Source: Paracoccaceae bacterium (GTDB lineage Bacteria > Pseudomonadota > Alphaproteobacteria > Rhodobacterales > Rhodobacteraceae). Taken from it: a stretch of 64,000 nt of DNA. The position numbers and the translations under genes were made by a program. The stretch is from contig OZ219862.1 in NCBI GenBank assembly GCA_964291445.2, forward strand, positions 1,184,669 through 1,248,668, in the 5' to 3' direction. Each line of letters starts with the position of its first letter. The stretch's first letter is position 1. The notes beneath the pieces were generated by a model that saw only the letters and a program-made list of their open reading frames with translations, was not told where the DNA came from and did no database searches. This document shows positions 9,922-19,798 of this stretch, piece by piece.

Positions 9922-10838
9922 CCGACTGCCTGATCGTCCAGCCCATCGCCGCTGCTGGCCTCGACCTGCTGCACCACGCCGGGCTGTCGGTCGGCACACC
10001 GGACTCCACCGATCTCGCCACACTCGAACCTCACCTGGCCACCGCCCGGGCGGTTATTACCCGCAATCACGGGTTGTCGGCGGTCGAAATTGCCGCCGCT
10101 CCCGGGCTCGAAGTCATTGTCAGCCATGGCGCCGGAACCGATGCCATCGACAGGAAGGCCGCAGACGCCAGGTCGGTCCCGGTCCTGTCCACGCCAGGTG
10201 TCAACACCGTGGCGGTGGCCGAACACACGATGGGACTGATCCTCGCCTGCGCCCGGCAGATACCGCAGGCTGACCAGGCAACCCGCGGCGGCGATTTCGA
10301 CTTCCGCTACCGGCAGACCGGGATCGAGATTGCCGGCAAGACACTCGGACTGGTCGGATACGGCCGGATCGCCCGCCAGGTTGCCATCCTGGCCCAGGCC
10401 TTTGCCATGGACGTCATTGCTGCATCGCGACATGCAACGGCATCGGAGATGACACGCGACGGGGTCGAATTGGTGGGAATGGACGATTTGTGCGCCCGGT
10501 CCGATATCGTGTCCCTGCATTCCAGGCCGAACCGGCATACCTGGCTCGATGCCGGGCGCATCAAGGTGCTGCGACCCGGCGCCATCATCATCAATACCGC
10601 CCGTGCCTCGCTCCTGGACGAGGCGGCGCTCATTGCCGGCCTCCAGGATGGCAGGCTGTCGGCGGCGGCAATCGATGTCTTTTCCCCGGAGCCGCCTCCC
10701 GATGACAGTCCGCTGCTTGCCTGCCCGAACCTGATCCTCACGCCGCATGTTGGCGGGGCGGCCAGGGAGGCGCTGGAGCGCACCGCAATTGCCGCCGCCG
10801 AGAAGGTCATCGCCGCCCTCGGACTTGCATCGCCATGA
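9918..10838 (+). CDS. D-isomer-specific 2-hydroxyacid dehydrogenase family protein
   Basis: 306 aa with an NAD-binding GLVGYGRIA motif and C-terminal LTPHVGG. ATGA overlaps at both ends. Confidence 0.85.
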   Translation: MTDCLIVQPIAAAGLDLLHHAGLSVGTPDSTDLATLEPHLATARAVITRNHGLSAVEIAAAPGLEVIVSHGAGTDAIDRKAADARSVPVLSTPGVNTVAVAEHTMGLILACARQIPQADQATRGGDFDFRYRQTGIEIAGKTLGLVGYGRIARQVAILAQAFAMDVIAASRHATASEMTRDGVELVGMDDLCARSDIVSLHSRPNRHTWLDAGRIKVLRPGAIIINTARASLLDEAALIAGLQDGRLSAAAIDVFSPEPPPDDSPLLACPNLILTPHVGGAAREALERTAIAAAEKVIAALGLASP

Positions 10839-11560
10839 CCGGCCCCTGGCCCCGAATCCTGCCATGCGGCGACACGGCGATTGCCGTCGAATTCGGCGAG
10901 GCCATCGATGTGGAGGTCAACCGGAAGGTCATCGGGCTGGAGCGGATGATCGAAAACCGGGCTCTCCCCGGTGTGGTCGAAACCGTGCCGACCTATCGCT
11001 CGCTTCTCGTGCATCTTGACCCGCTGACTGCTGACCATGCAGGCCTCACCAAGACGCTGGCCAGGCTGGCCGAGGCGGCCACCCCGCAGGCAGGGTGCCG
11101 GCGCCGCTGGCGGGTTCCGGTCGTCTATGGCGGCGAATTCGGCGAGGATCTTGCCGTGCTGGCCGAGTTGCACGGGATGGGCGAGGAGCGAATTGCCGAG
11201 TTGCACAGCCGGGCGGTCTACCGGGTCCACATGGTCGGCTTCGTGCCGGGATTCACCTATCTGGGCGGGCTCGACCCGCGCTTGGCCACGCGACGCCGCA
11301 AGACGCCTCGCCGGCGTATTCCGGCCGGTTCGATCTCGATCGGCGGCCATCAGACCGCCATCGGCTCCATCGAGGCGCCAAGCGGCTGGCACCTCATCGG
11401 CGGCACGCCGGTTCGCTGCTTCCACCCCGACCGCGATCCGATCTTCCTGTTCAGGGCCGGCGACGAGGTCTGCATGGAGCCGATCCGGGCCGATGCCTGG
11501 GACGAATTGGCAGCTCTGGCCGCTGCTGGCGACATCGTTGCCGCCTGCGAAACCGCATGA
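10835..11560 (+). CDS. pxpB: 5-oxoprolinase subunit B (allophanate hydrolase subunit 1 / KipI family)
   Basis: 241 aa, KipI-like (ILPCGDTAIAVEFG..., TYRSLLVHLDP). Translationally coupled to the next gene. Confidence 0.85.
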   Translation: MTGPWPRILPCGDTAIAVEFGEAIDVEVNRKVIGLERMIENRALPGVVETVPTYRSLLVHLDPLTADHAGLTKTLARLAEAATPQAGCRRRWRVPVVYGGEFGEDLAVLAELHGMGEERIAELHSRAVYRVHMVGFVPGFTYLGGLDPRLATRRRKTPRRRIPAGSISIGGHQTAIGSIEAPSGWHLIGGTPVRCFHPDRDPIFLFRAGDEVCMEPIRADAWDELAALAAAGDIVAACETA

Positions 11561-12549
11561 CCGGGCTTCGCATCATCAATTGCGGTCCCGGCACCACGGT
11601 CCAGGACCGGGGTCGATTCGGCTGGCGCCGGTACGGTGTCTCCACCTCGGGGTACATGGACCCCGAATCGGCAGCATTGGCCAATGCCCTCGCCGGCAAC
11701 CCGCCAGACACCGCCTGCGTGGAATTCCAAATGGCGGGCGGCAGGCTGGCGGTCGAAGGCGGCAGGCTGGTCATTGCGCTCACCGGGCCCGGCACCATGC
11801 TCCGGATTGCCGGCGCCACCATCCTCGCCGGACGGTCGGCAACCGCCCGGGACGGCGACATCATCGAGATCGGACCGGTCACCGGCGGGGTCTTCGCCTA
11901 TCTGGCGATCGGCGGCGGGCTTGATCTGCCACCGGTCATGGGCAGCCTGTCCGTGCATCGACGCTCCGGCATCGGCGGCAAAGTGCTGGCAGCGGGCGAC
12001 CTGCTACCGGCGATGGCGCCCGGGCATGGCGCATGCCTGCAAACCACCCCGGCCGAGCGCCCCGCCGGTCCCATCCGGTTTGTCGCCGGGCCACAACATG
12101 ACCATTTCGCCTCCGGCGCCCTCGAATTGCTGGCCACCAGCACCTTCACCATCAGGCCCGACAGCGACCGCATGGCCTACCGGGTCTCCGGTCCGGCACT
12201 CGCCCATCGGGGCGATGGCAATATCGTCTCGGACGGGGTGCTCGCCGGCAGTATCCAGGTCCCGGGAGACGGAACACCGACCATCCTGATGCGTGATTGC
12301 CAGACCACTGGCGGCTACCCCAAGATTGCCACCATCATCAGCGCCGATATCGGTCGCATGGCCCAGATCCCACCGGGCGAGACCGTGCAGTTTGCCCGGG
12401 TCACCCTGGAAGACGCAGTCTGTATCGCCCGCCTGGCCGCCGGACGGCACCAGGAACGGCTGGCGTCAATCCGGCCGGTCACATCCCGGCCTACCACCGA
12501 ATCCCTGCTCCGGGTCAACCTCGTCGGCGGTGTGACGGCCGGCCGCTGA
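11557..12549 (+). CDS. pxpC: 5-oxoprolinase subunit C (allophanate hydrolase subunit 2 / KipA family)
   Basis: Real start taken at the ATG at 11557 (MTGLRIINCGPGTTVQDRGR...), an ATGA overlap with pxpB. The upstream part of the track ORF is out-of-frame junk over pxpB. Confidence 0.85.
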   Translation: MTGLRIINCGPGTTVQDRGRFGWRRYGVSTSGYMDPESAALANALAGNPPDTACVEFQMAGGRLAVEGGRLVIALTGPGTMLRIAGATILAGRSATARDGDIIEIGPVTGGVFAYLAIGGGLDLPPVMGSLSVHRRSGIGGKVLAAGDLLPAMAPGHGACLQTTPAERPAGPIRFVAGPQHDHFASGALELLATSTFTIRPDSDRMAYRVSGPALAHRGDGNIVSDGVLAGSIQVPGDGTPTILMRDCQTTGGYPKIATIISADIGRMAQIPPGETVQFARVTLEDAVCIARLAAGRHQERLASIRPVTSRPTTESLLRVNLVGGVTAGR

Positions 12550-13314
12550 TCAGGCCTGTGCAAAGGGCGCCAGCGTCCAGCCATCGGCCTCGAGTGCCGC
12601 ACGAATGCCGCGGGCCATGCCAATGGCGGCGGGATTGTCGCCATGCACGCAGATCGAGTCGATCTCGACCGCCAGGGTTTTGCCCGATTCGGAGACCAGT
12701 CGGCGCTCCGACACCATCTCCAGCACCCGACTACAGGCTACCTCCGGATCGTGTATCACCGTGCCAGGTCGGCTGCGGGGCGCCAGGTTGAAGCTGTCGG
12801 CATAGATCCGGTCGGCATAGACCTCTCGTGCCGGCTGCAGGCCGGCCTTGTCGGCCGCCCGCTCGGTCGGGGTCCCCGGCATCACCAGCCAGACGAGCGA
12901 GGGGTCGGCGGCGGCGATTCCCCGGGCCACTGCAGCAGCCAGCCCATCATCATCGTTGCACGCATTGCCCAGCGCACCATGGGTCTTGACGTAACTCATC
13001 CGGTAACCGGCAAGGCCACAAACCGCCTGGAAGGCACCGACCTGGTAGGCCACCAGCCTCTCGATTTCGCTGGCGGTTACTCCGGGGGATGGCCGCCGGC
13101 CGAAGCCGATCAGGTCCTGGTAGCCGGGATGCGCCCCGACCGCCACCTTCCTGGCCCTGGCCTTGCAGGCCATGCCATGCATGATGTCGGGATCGCCGGC
13201 ATGAAAACCACAGGCAACATTTGCCGAGGTCACGATGTCCAGCATCGCCTCGTCATCGCCCATCCTCCAGGGCCCGAACCCCTCACCGAGATCGGCATTA
13301 AGATCAATCTGCAT
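12550..13314 (-). CDS. pxpA: 5-oxoprolinase subunit A (LamB/YcsF family)
   Basis: MQIDLNADLGEGFGPW... N-terminus starting at the ATG at 13314. Its stop abuts the pxpC stop (TGATCA). Confidence 0.85.
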   Translation of the reverse strand: MQIDLNADLGEGFGPWRMGDDEAMLDIVTSANVACGFHAGDPDIMHGMACKARARKVAVGAHPGYQDLIGFGRRPSPGVTASEIERLVAYQVGAFQAVCGLAGYRMSYVKTHGALGNACNDDDGLAAAVARGIAAADPSLVWLVMPGTPTERAADKAGLQPAREVYADRIYADSFNLAPRSRPGTVIHDPEVACSRVLEMVSERRLVSESGKTLAVEIDSICVHGDNPAAIGMARGIRAALEADGWTLAPFAQA

Positions 13315-13414
13315 GGCAACCATCATACTACATCGCAACACCCCCAACCAAAAGCACATCGAGGCCGCGGCCACAGATGCGGTGTAGCAATTGGCTGGAA
13401 GGGGGTGACAACGG

Positions 13415-14137
13415 ATGACGGCGCGGCTTCTGTATCTCGGCAATGGGCCCAAACTGCAATCGGTTGCCCGGCTCGATGAGCGGTTTGAGGGCTGGGGCCT
13501 CGAGGTCGAGCGCCGGTGGGCCTTCGGCGGTGACTTTCCGGACAGCATTTCCTGTTATGATGGCGTGTTCCTGTCCGGCAGCCCGCATGGCGCCTACGAG
13601 GACATCGACTTCATCCACCGCGAGCATGAATTGATTGCCGAGGCTGCCGATCGCGACATTCCAATGCTGGGCGTGTGTTTTGGCAGCCAGATTCTTGCCT
13701 CTTCCCTTTGCGGACGAGACCAGGTCTTTCGCCGGAGCCGGTGCGAAATCGGCTACAAGGATCTGCCGGTCTCGGCGGCGGCGGGTGATGATGCCATTGC
13801 CTCGGAGTTGGACAAGACCGTGCACATGTTCGTCTGGCACAATGACGAGGTGCGGGCCGACCATGACGACATGACCGTCCTTGCCTGGTCGGATGAGTGT
13901 CCGAACCAGGTCTGGCGTTACCGGGACAGGCCGTTCTGGGGCATCCAGGGACACCCGGAGATCACCAGGGAGCAGGCGCCGATCTGGTTCGAGGAGAACC
14001 GGACACGGATGGAAAATGACGGCGCCGATGTCGACCAGCTCAAGGCGCAGGCCCATCCCGCCCTGCCGGCCAAGACGATGCTCGCCGGTTTTGCCGCCTT
14101 CGTGCAGGAGCGGCACCAGGCACGGGCGGGCGCATGA
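13415..14137 (+). CDS. class I glutamine amidotransferase-like protein
   Basis: GVCFGSQ nucleophile elbow and GIQGHPE motif. SD GGAAGGGGG upstream of the start. Confidence 0.8.
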   Translation: MTARLLYLGNGPKLQSVARLDERFEGWGLEVERRWAFGGDFPDSISCYDGVFLSGSPHGAYEDIDFIHREHELIAEAADRDIPMLGVCFGSQILASSLCGRDQVFRRSRCEIGYKDLPVSAAAGDDAIASELDKTVHMFVWHNDEVRADHDDMTVLAWSDECPNQVWRYRDRPFWGIQGHPEITREQAPIWFEENRTRMENDGADVDQLKAQAHPALPAKTMLAGFAAFVQERHQARAGA

Positions 14138-15267
14138 ACGGCATCGCCAGCCCGTGGTTCGACCGGGCCGAATACCTGGCGCGGCTCGAGCGGGTGCAGC
14201 AATCACTGGTCGGGCGAGGTCTTGATGGCCTGGTTGCCTTCCAGCCCGAAACCGTCACCTGGCTGACCGGGTTCTTCACCCGCGGCTATGGCAGCCTGCA
14301 ATGCGCAGTGGTCCCGGCCAGCGGGCTTCCGATCATCATCTGCCGCGATGTCGAGGAATACTACCTTGACGCCACCTGCGTGTTTCCAGACCGCGACATG
14401 TGGTCGGATGGCGAGGATTCTCTGGGAGCAGTTGCTCGTACCATCACCCGGCTGACGGGAAATTCCGCCCGCCTCGGTATCGAATTGTCGGCCTGGCCGC
14501 TGTCGGCCGGCAGGTACGGCAGGCTGAGAGAGTCCCTTCCTGGCGTGTCCTGGCTGGATGAGAGCCGGCTGGTGGCAGCCATGCGGCTGATCAAGAGCGA
14601 GGCCGAAATCGCCTATCAGCGTCGGGCGGGCAAAGCGGCCGAGGCGGGAATGCGGGCGGCAATCGATACCGCCCGGGCCGGCACCAGCGAGCGCGAGATG
14701 GCGGCTGAAATCTGCGCGGCGATGATTCGATCCGGCAGCGACCTTCCCGGCCCCGGCGTCCTGTCATCCGGCGAGAGGGCGTTTCACCTGCATGGCGGCT
14801 ATTCCGACCGGATCCTGGAAACCGGTGACCTGGTCCAGGTGGAGACAACGCCGAATGTGCGACACTACCATGCCCGCTTCATGCGTCCGGTACGGGTTGG
14901 CCAGGCTTCCGACGAGGACTACCAGGTGGTCGATACGCTGATTGCCATCCAGGACGCGGCGCTGGCCGAGGTGCGGGCCGGGGTGGCGGCTGCGGCTGCG
15001 GACCGGGTCTATCGCCAGGGCGTGCTCACTGCTGGCCTGCGAGACAGCTACACCAACAAGACCTTCTACTCGGTCGGGCTGCTGCTGCAGCCCTCGGGCG
15101 GCGAGTCCCTGGAAGCCACGCCCGGCTCCGACTGGATGTTCGAGGCCGGCATGACCTTCCACACCTATGTACTGGCCCGGGGCTTCGGGATGTCGGAGAC
15201 CATTGCCGTCACCGCCGATGGCCATGAACGGTTGACCAATTTCGACCGGCAACTTTTCGTCTCCTGA
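14134..15267 (+). CDS. M24 family metallopeptidase (creatinase/prolidase-like)
   Basis: 377 aa with M24-like domain order. ATGA coupling to the GATase gene. Confidence 0.8.
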   Translation: MNGIASPWFDRAEYLARLERVQQSLVGRGLDGLVAFQPETVTWLTGFFTRGYGSLQCAVVPASGLPIIICRDVEEYYLDATCVFPDRDMWSDGEDSLGAVARTITRLTGNSARLGIELSAWPLSAGRYGRLRESLPGVSWLDESRLVAAMRLIKSEAEIAYQRRAGKAAEAGMRAAIDTARAGTSEREMAAEICAAMIRSGSDLPGPGVLSSGERAFHLHGGYSDRILETGDLVQVETTPNVRHYHARFMRPVRVGQASDEDYQVVDTLIAIQDAALAEVRAGVAAAAADRVYRQGVLTAGLRDSYTNKTFYSVGLLLQPSGGESLEATPGSDWMFEAGMTFHTYVLARGFGMSETIAVTADGHERLTNFDRQLFVS

Positions 15268-15444
15268 TCGCCCGCCAACAGCGGATGGCACGGCCATGCG
15301 GTGTCCACGTGCCCCTTTCCAGCCGAACTTGCGGTGGACAATCGTGAATTGAGCCTTGCACACCATGCGCCGGACTCCGTAAACCGGACGCCGCCACACG
15401 CGACCCCTCGATTCGTCCGCCCCCCTGGCCGCCAAAGCATTGAT

Positions 15445-16359
15445 ATGCAGGTTTATCTTCCGATAGCAGAAGTCTCGGTCAATGCCTTCCTGCTGCTTGG
15501 CCTGGGAGGCCTGGTTGGCATCCTCTCCGGAATGTTCGGGGTTGGCGGCGGTTTCCTGATGACACCGCTGCTGTTCTTTATCGGCATCCCGCCAGCCGTG
15601 GCCGTCGCAACCGAAGCCAACCAGATCGTGGCCTCATCGATTTCCGGCGCCCTGGCCCATTACCGTCGAAAAACGGTCGATCTGCAGATGGGTGTCTATC
15701 TGCTGGCCGGCGGCGTGGTCGGTGCCGCGGTCGGCGTGCAGTTCTTTGCCCTATTGCGCGAGATCGGCCAGGTCGATCTCCTGGTCCGGCTCTGTTACGT
15801 GGTCTTTCTCGGCGTGATCGGCAGCCTGATGTTTGTCGAGAGCCTTCGCACCATCATGCGGACACGATCGCGCCGCGGCGTGCGGCGCAAGCTTCACAAG
15901 CATGGCTGGATTCATGGCCTGCCCTTCAAGGTGAAATTCCGGACCTCGGGCCTCTACATCAGCGCCATCCCGCCGCTGGTCGTTGGCGCCTTTGTCGGCA
16001 TCCTGGCGGCGATCATGGGCGTCGGCGGCGGGTTCATCATGGTCCCGGCAATGATCTACATTCTCGGCATGCCGACAAAGGTCGTGGTCGGAACGTCGCT
16101 GTTCCAGATCGTGTTTGTCACCGGGTTCACGACGATCATGCACGCCACCACCAACCAGACGGTCGACCTGGCGCTGGCGGTTCTGCTGTTCGTCGGCGGC
16201 GTGATCGGTGCCCAGGTCGGAACCAGGATTGGCATCAGGCTGCCGGCCGAGCAGTTGCGAGTCCTGCTGGCACTCATCGTGCTCGCGGTCTGCGCCAAGC
16301 TTGCACTCGACCTGGTTCTCCAGCCTTCCGAGCTCTATTCCCTGGAGCGGGTCGGATGA
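15445..16359 (+). CDS. TSUP / TauE-SafE family anion exporter
   Basis: Glycine-rich multi-TM protein with a repeated GVGGGF(L/I)M motif. Start set at the ATG at 15445 (MQVYLPIAE...). Confidence 0.8.
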   Translation: MQVYLPIAEVSVNAFLLLGLGGLVGILSGMFGVGGGFLMTPLLFFIGIPPAVAVATEANQIVASSISGALAHYRRKTVDLQMGVYLLAGGVVGAAVGVQFFALLREIGQVDLLVRLCYVVFLGVIGSLMFVESLRTIMRTRSRRGVRRKLHKHGWIHGLPFKVKFRTSGLYISAIPPLVVGAFVGILAAIMGVGGGFIMVPAMIYILGMPTKVVVGTSLFQIVFVTGFTTIMHATTNQTVDLALAVLLFVGGVIGAQVGTRIGIRLPAEQLRVLLALIVLAVCAKLALDLVLQPSELYSLERVG

Positions 16360-17120
16360 GGGTTCTCTGCTCGGTTCTGCTGGTTGCGCTGGCGGGTATC
16401 GGCAATTTGGCCGCCAGCGAATCCGTGGTGTCGGTTCTCAGCCAGAACCGCATCTCGATCACCGCCAATTTCGATGGCTCGGAGATCTTCATCTTCGGCG
16501 CCATCAAGCGTGATGCCCCGATCGAGGAAGGGCGGGACATCGATGTCATCATCACAGTCGCCGGGCCGCAGGAGCCGGTGATCGTCCGTCGAAAGAAACG
16601 GATACTCGGCGTATGGGTCAATGCCGATACCGTGGAGGTCGATTCGGCGCCGAGCTTCTACTCGGTGGCGACAACACGGCCGCTGAAGGACATTGTCAGC
16701 AATGTCGAGGACCTCGTGAAGGATATCAGCGTCAATGAACTCATCAGGTCGGTTGGCGCACCGCAACACATTCACGATTCACCGGAATTTACCAAGGCGT
16801 TGATACGAATCCGTGAACGCAGCGGCCTGTACTCGCTGCAACCGGTGCCGATCACCGTCAGGGAGGACACGCTGTTTGGGGCCCGGTTTGCCCTGCCGGC
16901 AAACCTGGTCGAAGGCGAATACCTGGCGAGGATCTTCCTGGTCAGGGACAAGAAAGTCATTTCCGAGCACAGCAACAAGATCGAGGTCCGCAAGGTCGGG
17001 CTGGAGCGTTGGATCTACTCGGAGGCCCACAACCACGCCTTTACCTATGGCTTGCTGTGCGTGCTGGTCGCTGTTGCCACCGGATGGATTGCCTCGGCGG
17101 TCTTCCGCCGGTTCGGCTGA
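16356..17120 (+). CDS. TIGR02186-type conserved alphaproteobacterial membrane protein
   Basis: Signal peptide plus a C-terminal TM segment. Coupled by ATGA to the TauE gene, the usual partner arrangement. Confidence 0.7.
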   Translation: MRVLCSVLLVALAGIGNLAASESVVSVLSQNRISITANFDGSEIFIFGAIKRDAPIEEGRDIDVIITVAGPQEPVIVRRKKRILGVWVNADTVEVDSAPSFYSVATTRPLKDIVSNVEDLVKDISVNELIRSVGAPQHIHDSPEFTKALIRIRERSGLYSLQPVPITVREDTLFGARFALPANLVEGEYLARIFLVRDKKVISEHSNKIEVRKVGLERWIYSEAHNHAFTYGLLCVLVAVATGWIASAVFRRFG

Positions 17121-17254
17121 TCCGGCACGAGGCCCGCACCCGCCCTGCGGCCGGTTTGCCAGCCAGGCGCTGGCAGCGGTGCCGGATGGGGCAAAATCTG
17201 GACAAACCGCCGGGGCGGGCCTAAAGATGTCCGGGAATTCAGACTTGCTGACAG

Positions 17255-18091
17255 GTGATGACCATGCTGAGAACAACCGGAATTGCCGCAATCGTGGCGC
17301 TGTACTCGTTGGTTCCGCTGACTGCCAACGCCCAGGGAGACTGCGCCGAGGGAAAGACCATTTCACCGGGCGTGCTGACAATTGCCACCGGCAACCCGGC
17401 CTATTTTCCGTGGGTCATCGATGACGACCCGGAAAGCGGCAACGGGTTCGAAGCCGCTGTCGCCTATGCCGTCGCTGCCGAGATGGGTTTTGCAAAAGAC
17501 GCGGTAGCCTGGGTCAGGACCGGCTTCGACGAATCGATCCAGCCGGGCGAGAAGAATTTCGACTTCAACCTGCAACAGTTCTCGATCACCGAAGATCGGG
17601 AAAAGGTGATTGATTTCTCCATGCCATACTACTCGGCCGCCATGGCCGTGCTGACCCGCCAGGACGTTGTCGATGCCGGCGCCAGCCCCGACATGGACTC
17701 GCTGCGCGGCCTCAAATGGGGTGCAGCGGCCAGCACCACGGCCGTGCCCATGCTCACGGATTTCATCAATCCGGATTCCGACTCGCTCCTCTACAATGAC
17801 AGTGCAGATGTGGTCGAGGCCATGAAGGCCAACCAGATTGATGCGGCACTCTTCGACCTGCCAACCGCCCTCTATCTTTCGGCCGTCGTGCTGGATGGCG
17901 GGACCATACTCGGGCAGTTTCCGGCGTCACGCTCCGATAATCCGGACAATTTCGGCCTGCTCATGCAGGAAGGAAACCCGCTCAGGGACTGCGTCAACGC
18001 GGCGATTTCCGCATTGTCTGCCAATGGCAGCCTGGCCGAGATCGAGGCCGTCTGGCTGTCGGAGACCACCGGGGTACCGGTCATCCAGTAA
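17255..18091 (+). CDS. amino-acid ABC transporter substrate-binding protein (family 3)
   Basis: Signal peptide and SBP_bac_3-like sequence (FDFNLQQFSITEDREKVIDFS). Confidence 0.85.
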   Translation: MMTMLRTTGIAAIVALYSLVPLTANAQGDCAEGKTISPGVLTIATGNPAYFPWVIDDDPESGNGFEAAVAYAVAAEMGFAKDAVAWVRTGFDESIQPGEKNFDFNLQQFSITEDREKVIDFSMPYYSAAMAVLTRQDVVDAGASPDMDSLRGLKWGAAASTTAVPMLTDFINPDSDSLLYNDSADVVEAMKANQIDAALFDLPTALYLSAVVLDGGTILGQFPASRSDNPDNFGLLMQEGNPLRDCVNAAISALSANGSLAEIEAVWLSETTGVPVIQ

Positions 18092-18094
18092 GCG

Positions 18095-18937
18095 TTGACC
18101 CATAATGAACAGCGATCGGCCGGCAAACGCTTCGGCCGTATCGAGTTTGAAAGAAAAACGCGCCGCAAATCGCTGACGGTTGCCAGCATCTCGACACTGG
18201 CGGTCGTGGCGGCGCTGGTCCTGCTTGTTCCCCTGGCTCCCGGCTGGGAGGCGGTGAAGAACAGTTTCTTCAACTGGGACATTTTCACCAGGACATTTCC
18301 GACCCTGCTGCAGGCATTCCTGCTGGACGTTGCCATCTTTGCCTGGTCGGCGCCGCTGATCGCCGCCTGGGCGCTGGTCATTGCCATCTGCCGGGATGTC
18401 CGCTCCCCGGCGCTGTTTCCGCTTCGCCTGTTTGCCATGATCTACACCGACATCTTCCGCGGTGTTCCGGTGGTGCTGGTCGTCTACCTGGTCGGCTTTG
18501 GCATACCGGGGCTTGGTCTCGGTCGTCCGTGGAATTCGCCCTATCTGTGGGGATCGATCGCGCTGATCCTGACCTACTCGGCCTATGTCGCCGAGATCTA
18601 CCGCTCTGGGATTGAATCGGTTCATGTCAGCCAGCGCAGCGCCGCCCTGTCGCTCGGCCTGTCACAGGCCGACGTGATGCGCTACGTCATCCTGCCGCAG
18701 GCGCTGCGCCGGGTCATACCAGCCAACATGAACATGCTGATCGCCCTGCAGAAGGACGTGGCACTCCTGTCGTTCATCGGGCCGGTCGAAATCTTCCGGC
18801 AGGCCGGAGTGTTCAAGTCGCTGCTGGCAAATTTCACGCCTTACGTGGTGGCGGCGGTGATATTCCTCGCCGTCACAGTGCCGGCCACCAGGCTGACCGA
18901 CAGCATGATCGCCCGGCAGAACCGACGGAGGAGTTGA
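18095..18937 (+). CDS. amino-acid ABC transporter permease (His/Glu/Gln/Arg/opine family)
   Basis: Permease EAA-type region (YRSGIESVHVSQRSAALSLGLS...ILPQALRRVIP). The start is uncertain: there is no in-frame ATG, and a TTG lies at 18095. Confidence 0.85.
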   Translation: MTHNEQRSAGKRFGRIEFERKTRRKSLTVASISTLAVVAALVLLVPLAPGWEAVKNSFFNWDIFTRTFPTLLQAFLLDVAIFAWSAPLIAAWALVIAICRDVRSPALFPLRLFAMIYTDIFRGVPVVLVVYLVGFGIPGLGLGRPWNSPYLWGSIALILTYSAYVAEIYRSGIESVHVSQRSAALSLGLSQADVMRYVILPQALRRVIPANMNMLIALQKDVALLSFIGPVEIFRQAGVFKSLLANFTPYVVAAVIFLAVTVPATRLTDSMIARQNRRRS

Positions 18938-19030
18938 TGTGCCCAAGCTCCGCCTGCATGGGGTCGGCATGATTGCCCGGCGGAACCGGAGGAAGGGTTG
19001 AGATGCCCAAGCTACGCCTGCATGCGGTCA
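18903..19030. repeat. imperfect 64-nt tandem duplication spanning the permease stop and the ATPase start
   Basis: 18903-18966 versus 18967-19030 align without gaps at 53/64 positions by hand. Copy 1 carries TGA plus GTGCCCAAGCTCCGCCTGCATGG. Copy 2 carries the functional ATGCCCAAGCTACGCCTGCATGC. Confidence 0.85.
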
Positions 19031-19731
19031 GCAAGAGTTTCGGCGAGCTTCGGGTCCTCGACAATATCGACCTGTCGGTGGAGAAGGGCGAATTGGTCTG
19101 CCTGATCGGATCCTCCGGTTCCGGCAAGTCCACCCTTTTGCAAGCCATCAACCTGCTGACACCGATCGATGACGGCGCCATCTGGCTTGACGATGCCGAC
19201 ATTTCCCTTCCCGGCCTGGACCCGCGCCCGGTGCGGGAACAGATCGGCATGGTGTTCCAGAGCTACAATCTGTTCCCGCACATGACGGCGCTCGACAACG
19301 TGCTCCTGGCACCACGGCGTGTCCTGAAGGAGCCTGAAGACTCCCTGCTGCCGCGGGTTGAAGCGCTTTTTGCCCGGTTCGGTCTTGCCAACCATCTCGA
19401 CCATTGGCCGGACCAGCTCTCGGGAGGCCAGCAGCAGCGGGTGGCCATCGTCCGGGCCCTGGCCATGGCACCACGCATCATGCTGTTCGATGAAATCACC
19501 TCGGCCCTCGATCCGGAACTGGTTGGCGAGGTGCTGGACGTTCTCCACCAGCTCAAGCGTGACGGCATGACCATGCTGATCGCCACGCATGAACTCTCAT
19601 TTGCCCGCGAGGCGGCCGACAAGGTGTGCTTCCTGAGCCAGGGAATCATCCTTGAACAGGGGCCCCCGGGCGAATTGTTCGAAAACCCGCAACACGACCG
19701 AACCCGCGCCTTCCTGGCACGCATGCCCTGA
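19003..19731 (+). CDS. amino-acid ABC transporter ATP-binding protein (GlnQ-type)
   Basis: Walker A GSSGSGKST, signature LSGGQQQRV, Walker B MLFDE. ATG at 19003 preceded by GGAGGAAGGG. Confidence 0.9.
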   Translation: MPKLRLHAVSKSFGELRVLDNIDLSVEKGELVCLIGSSGSGKSTLLQAINLLTPIDDGAIWLDDADISLPGLDPRPVREQIGMVFQSYNLFPHMTALDNVLLAPRRVLKEPEDSLLPRVEALFARFGLANHLDHWPDQLSGGQQQRVAIVRALAMAPRIMLFDEITSALDPELVGEVLDVLHQLKRDGMTMLIATHELSFAREAADKVCFLSQGIILEQGPPGELFENPQHDRTRAFLARMP

Positions 19732-19798
19732 TCGCACACCATGATCCGACATCGATGCAATCGAACCCGACCAGGCCACGGTACAACCCGGCCCTGAC

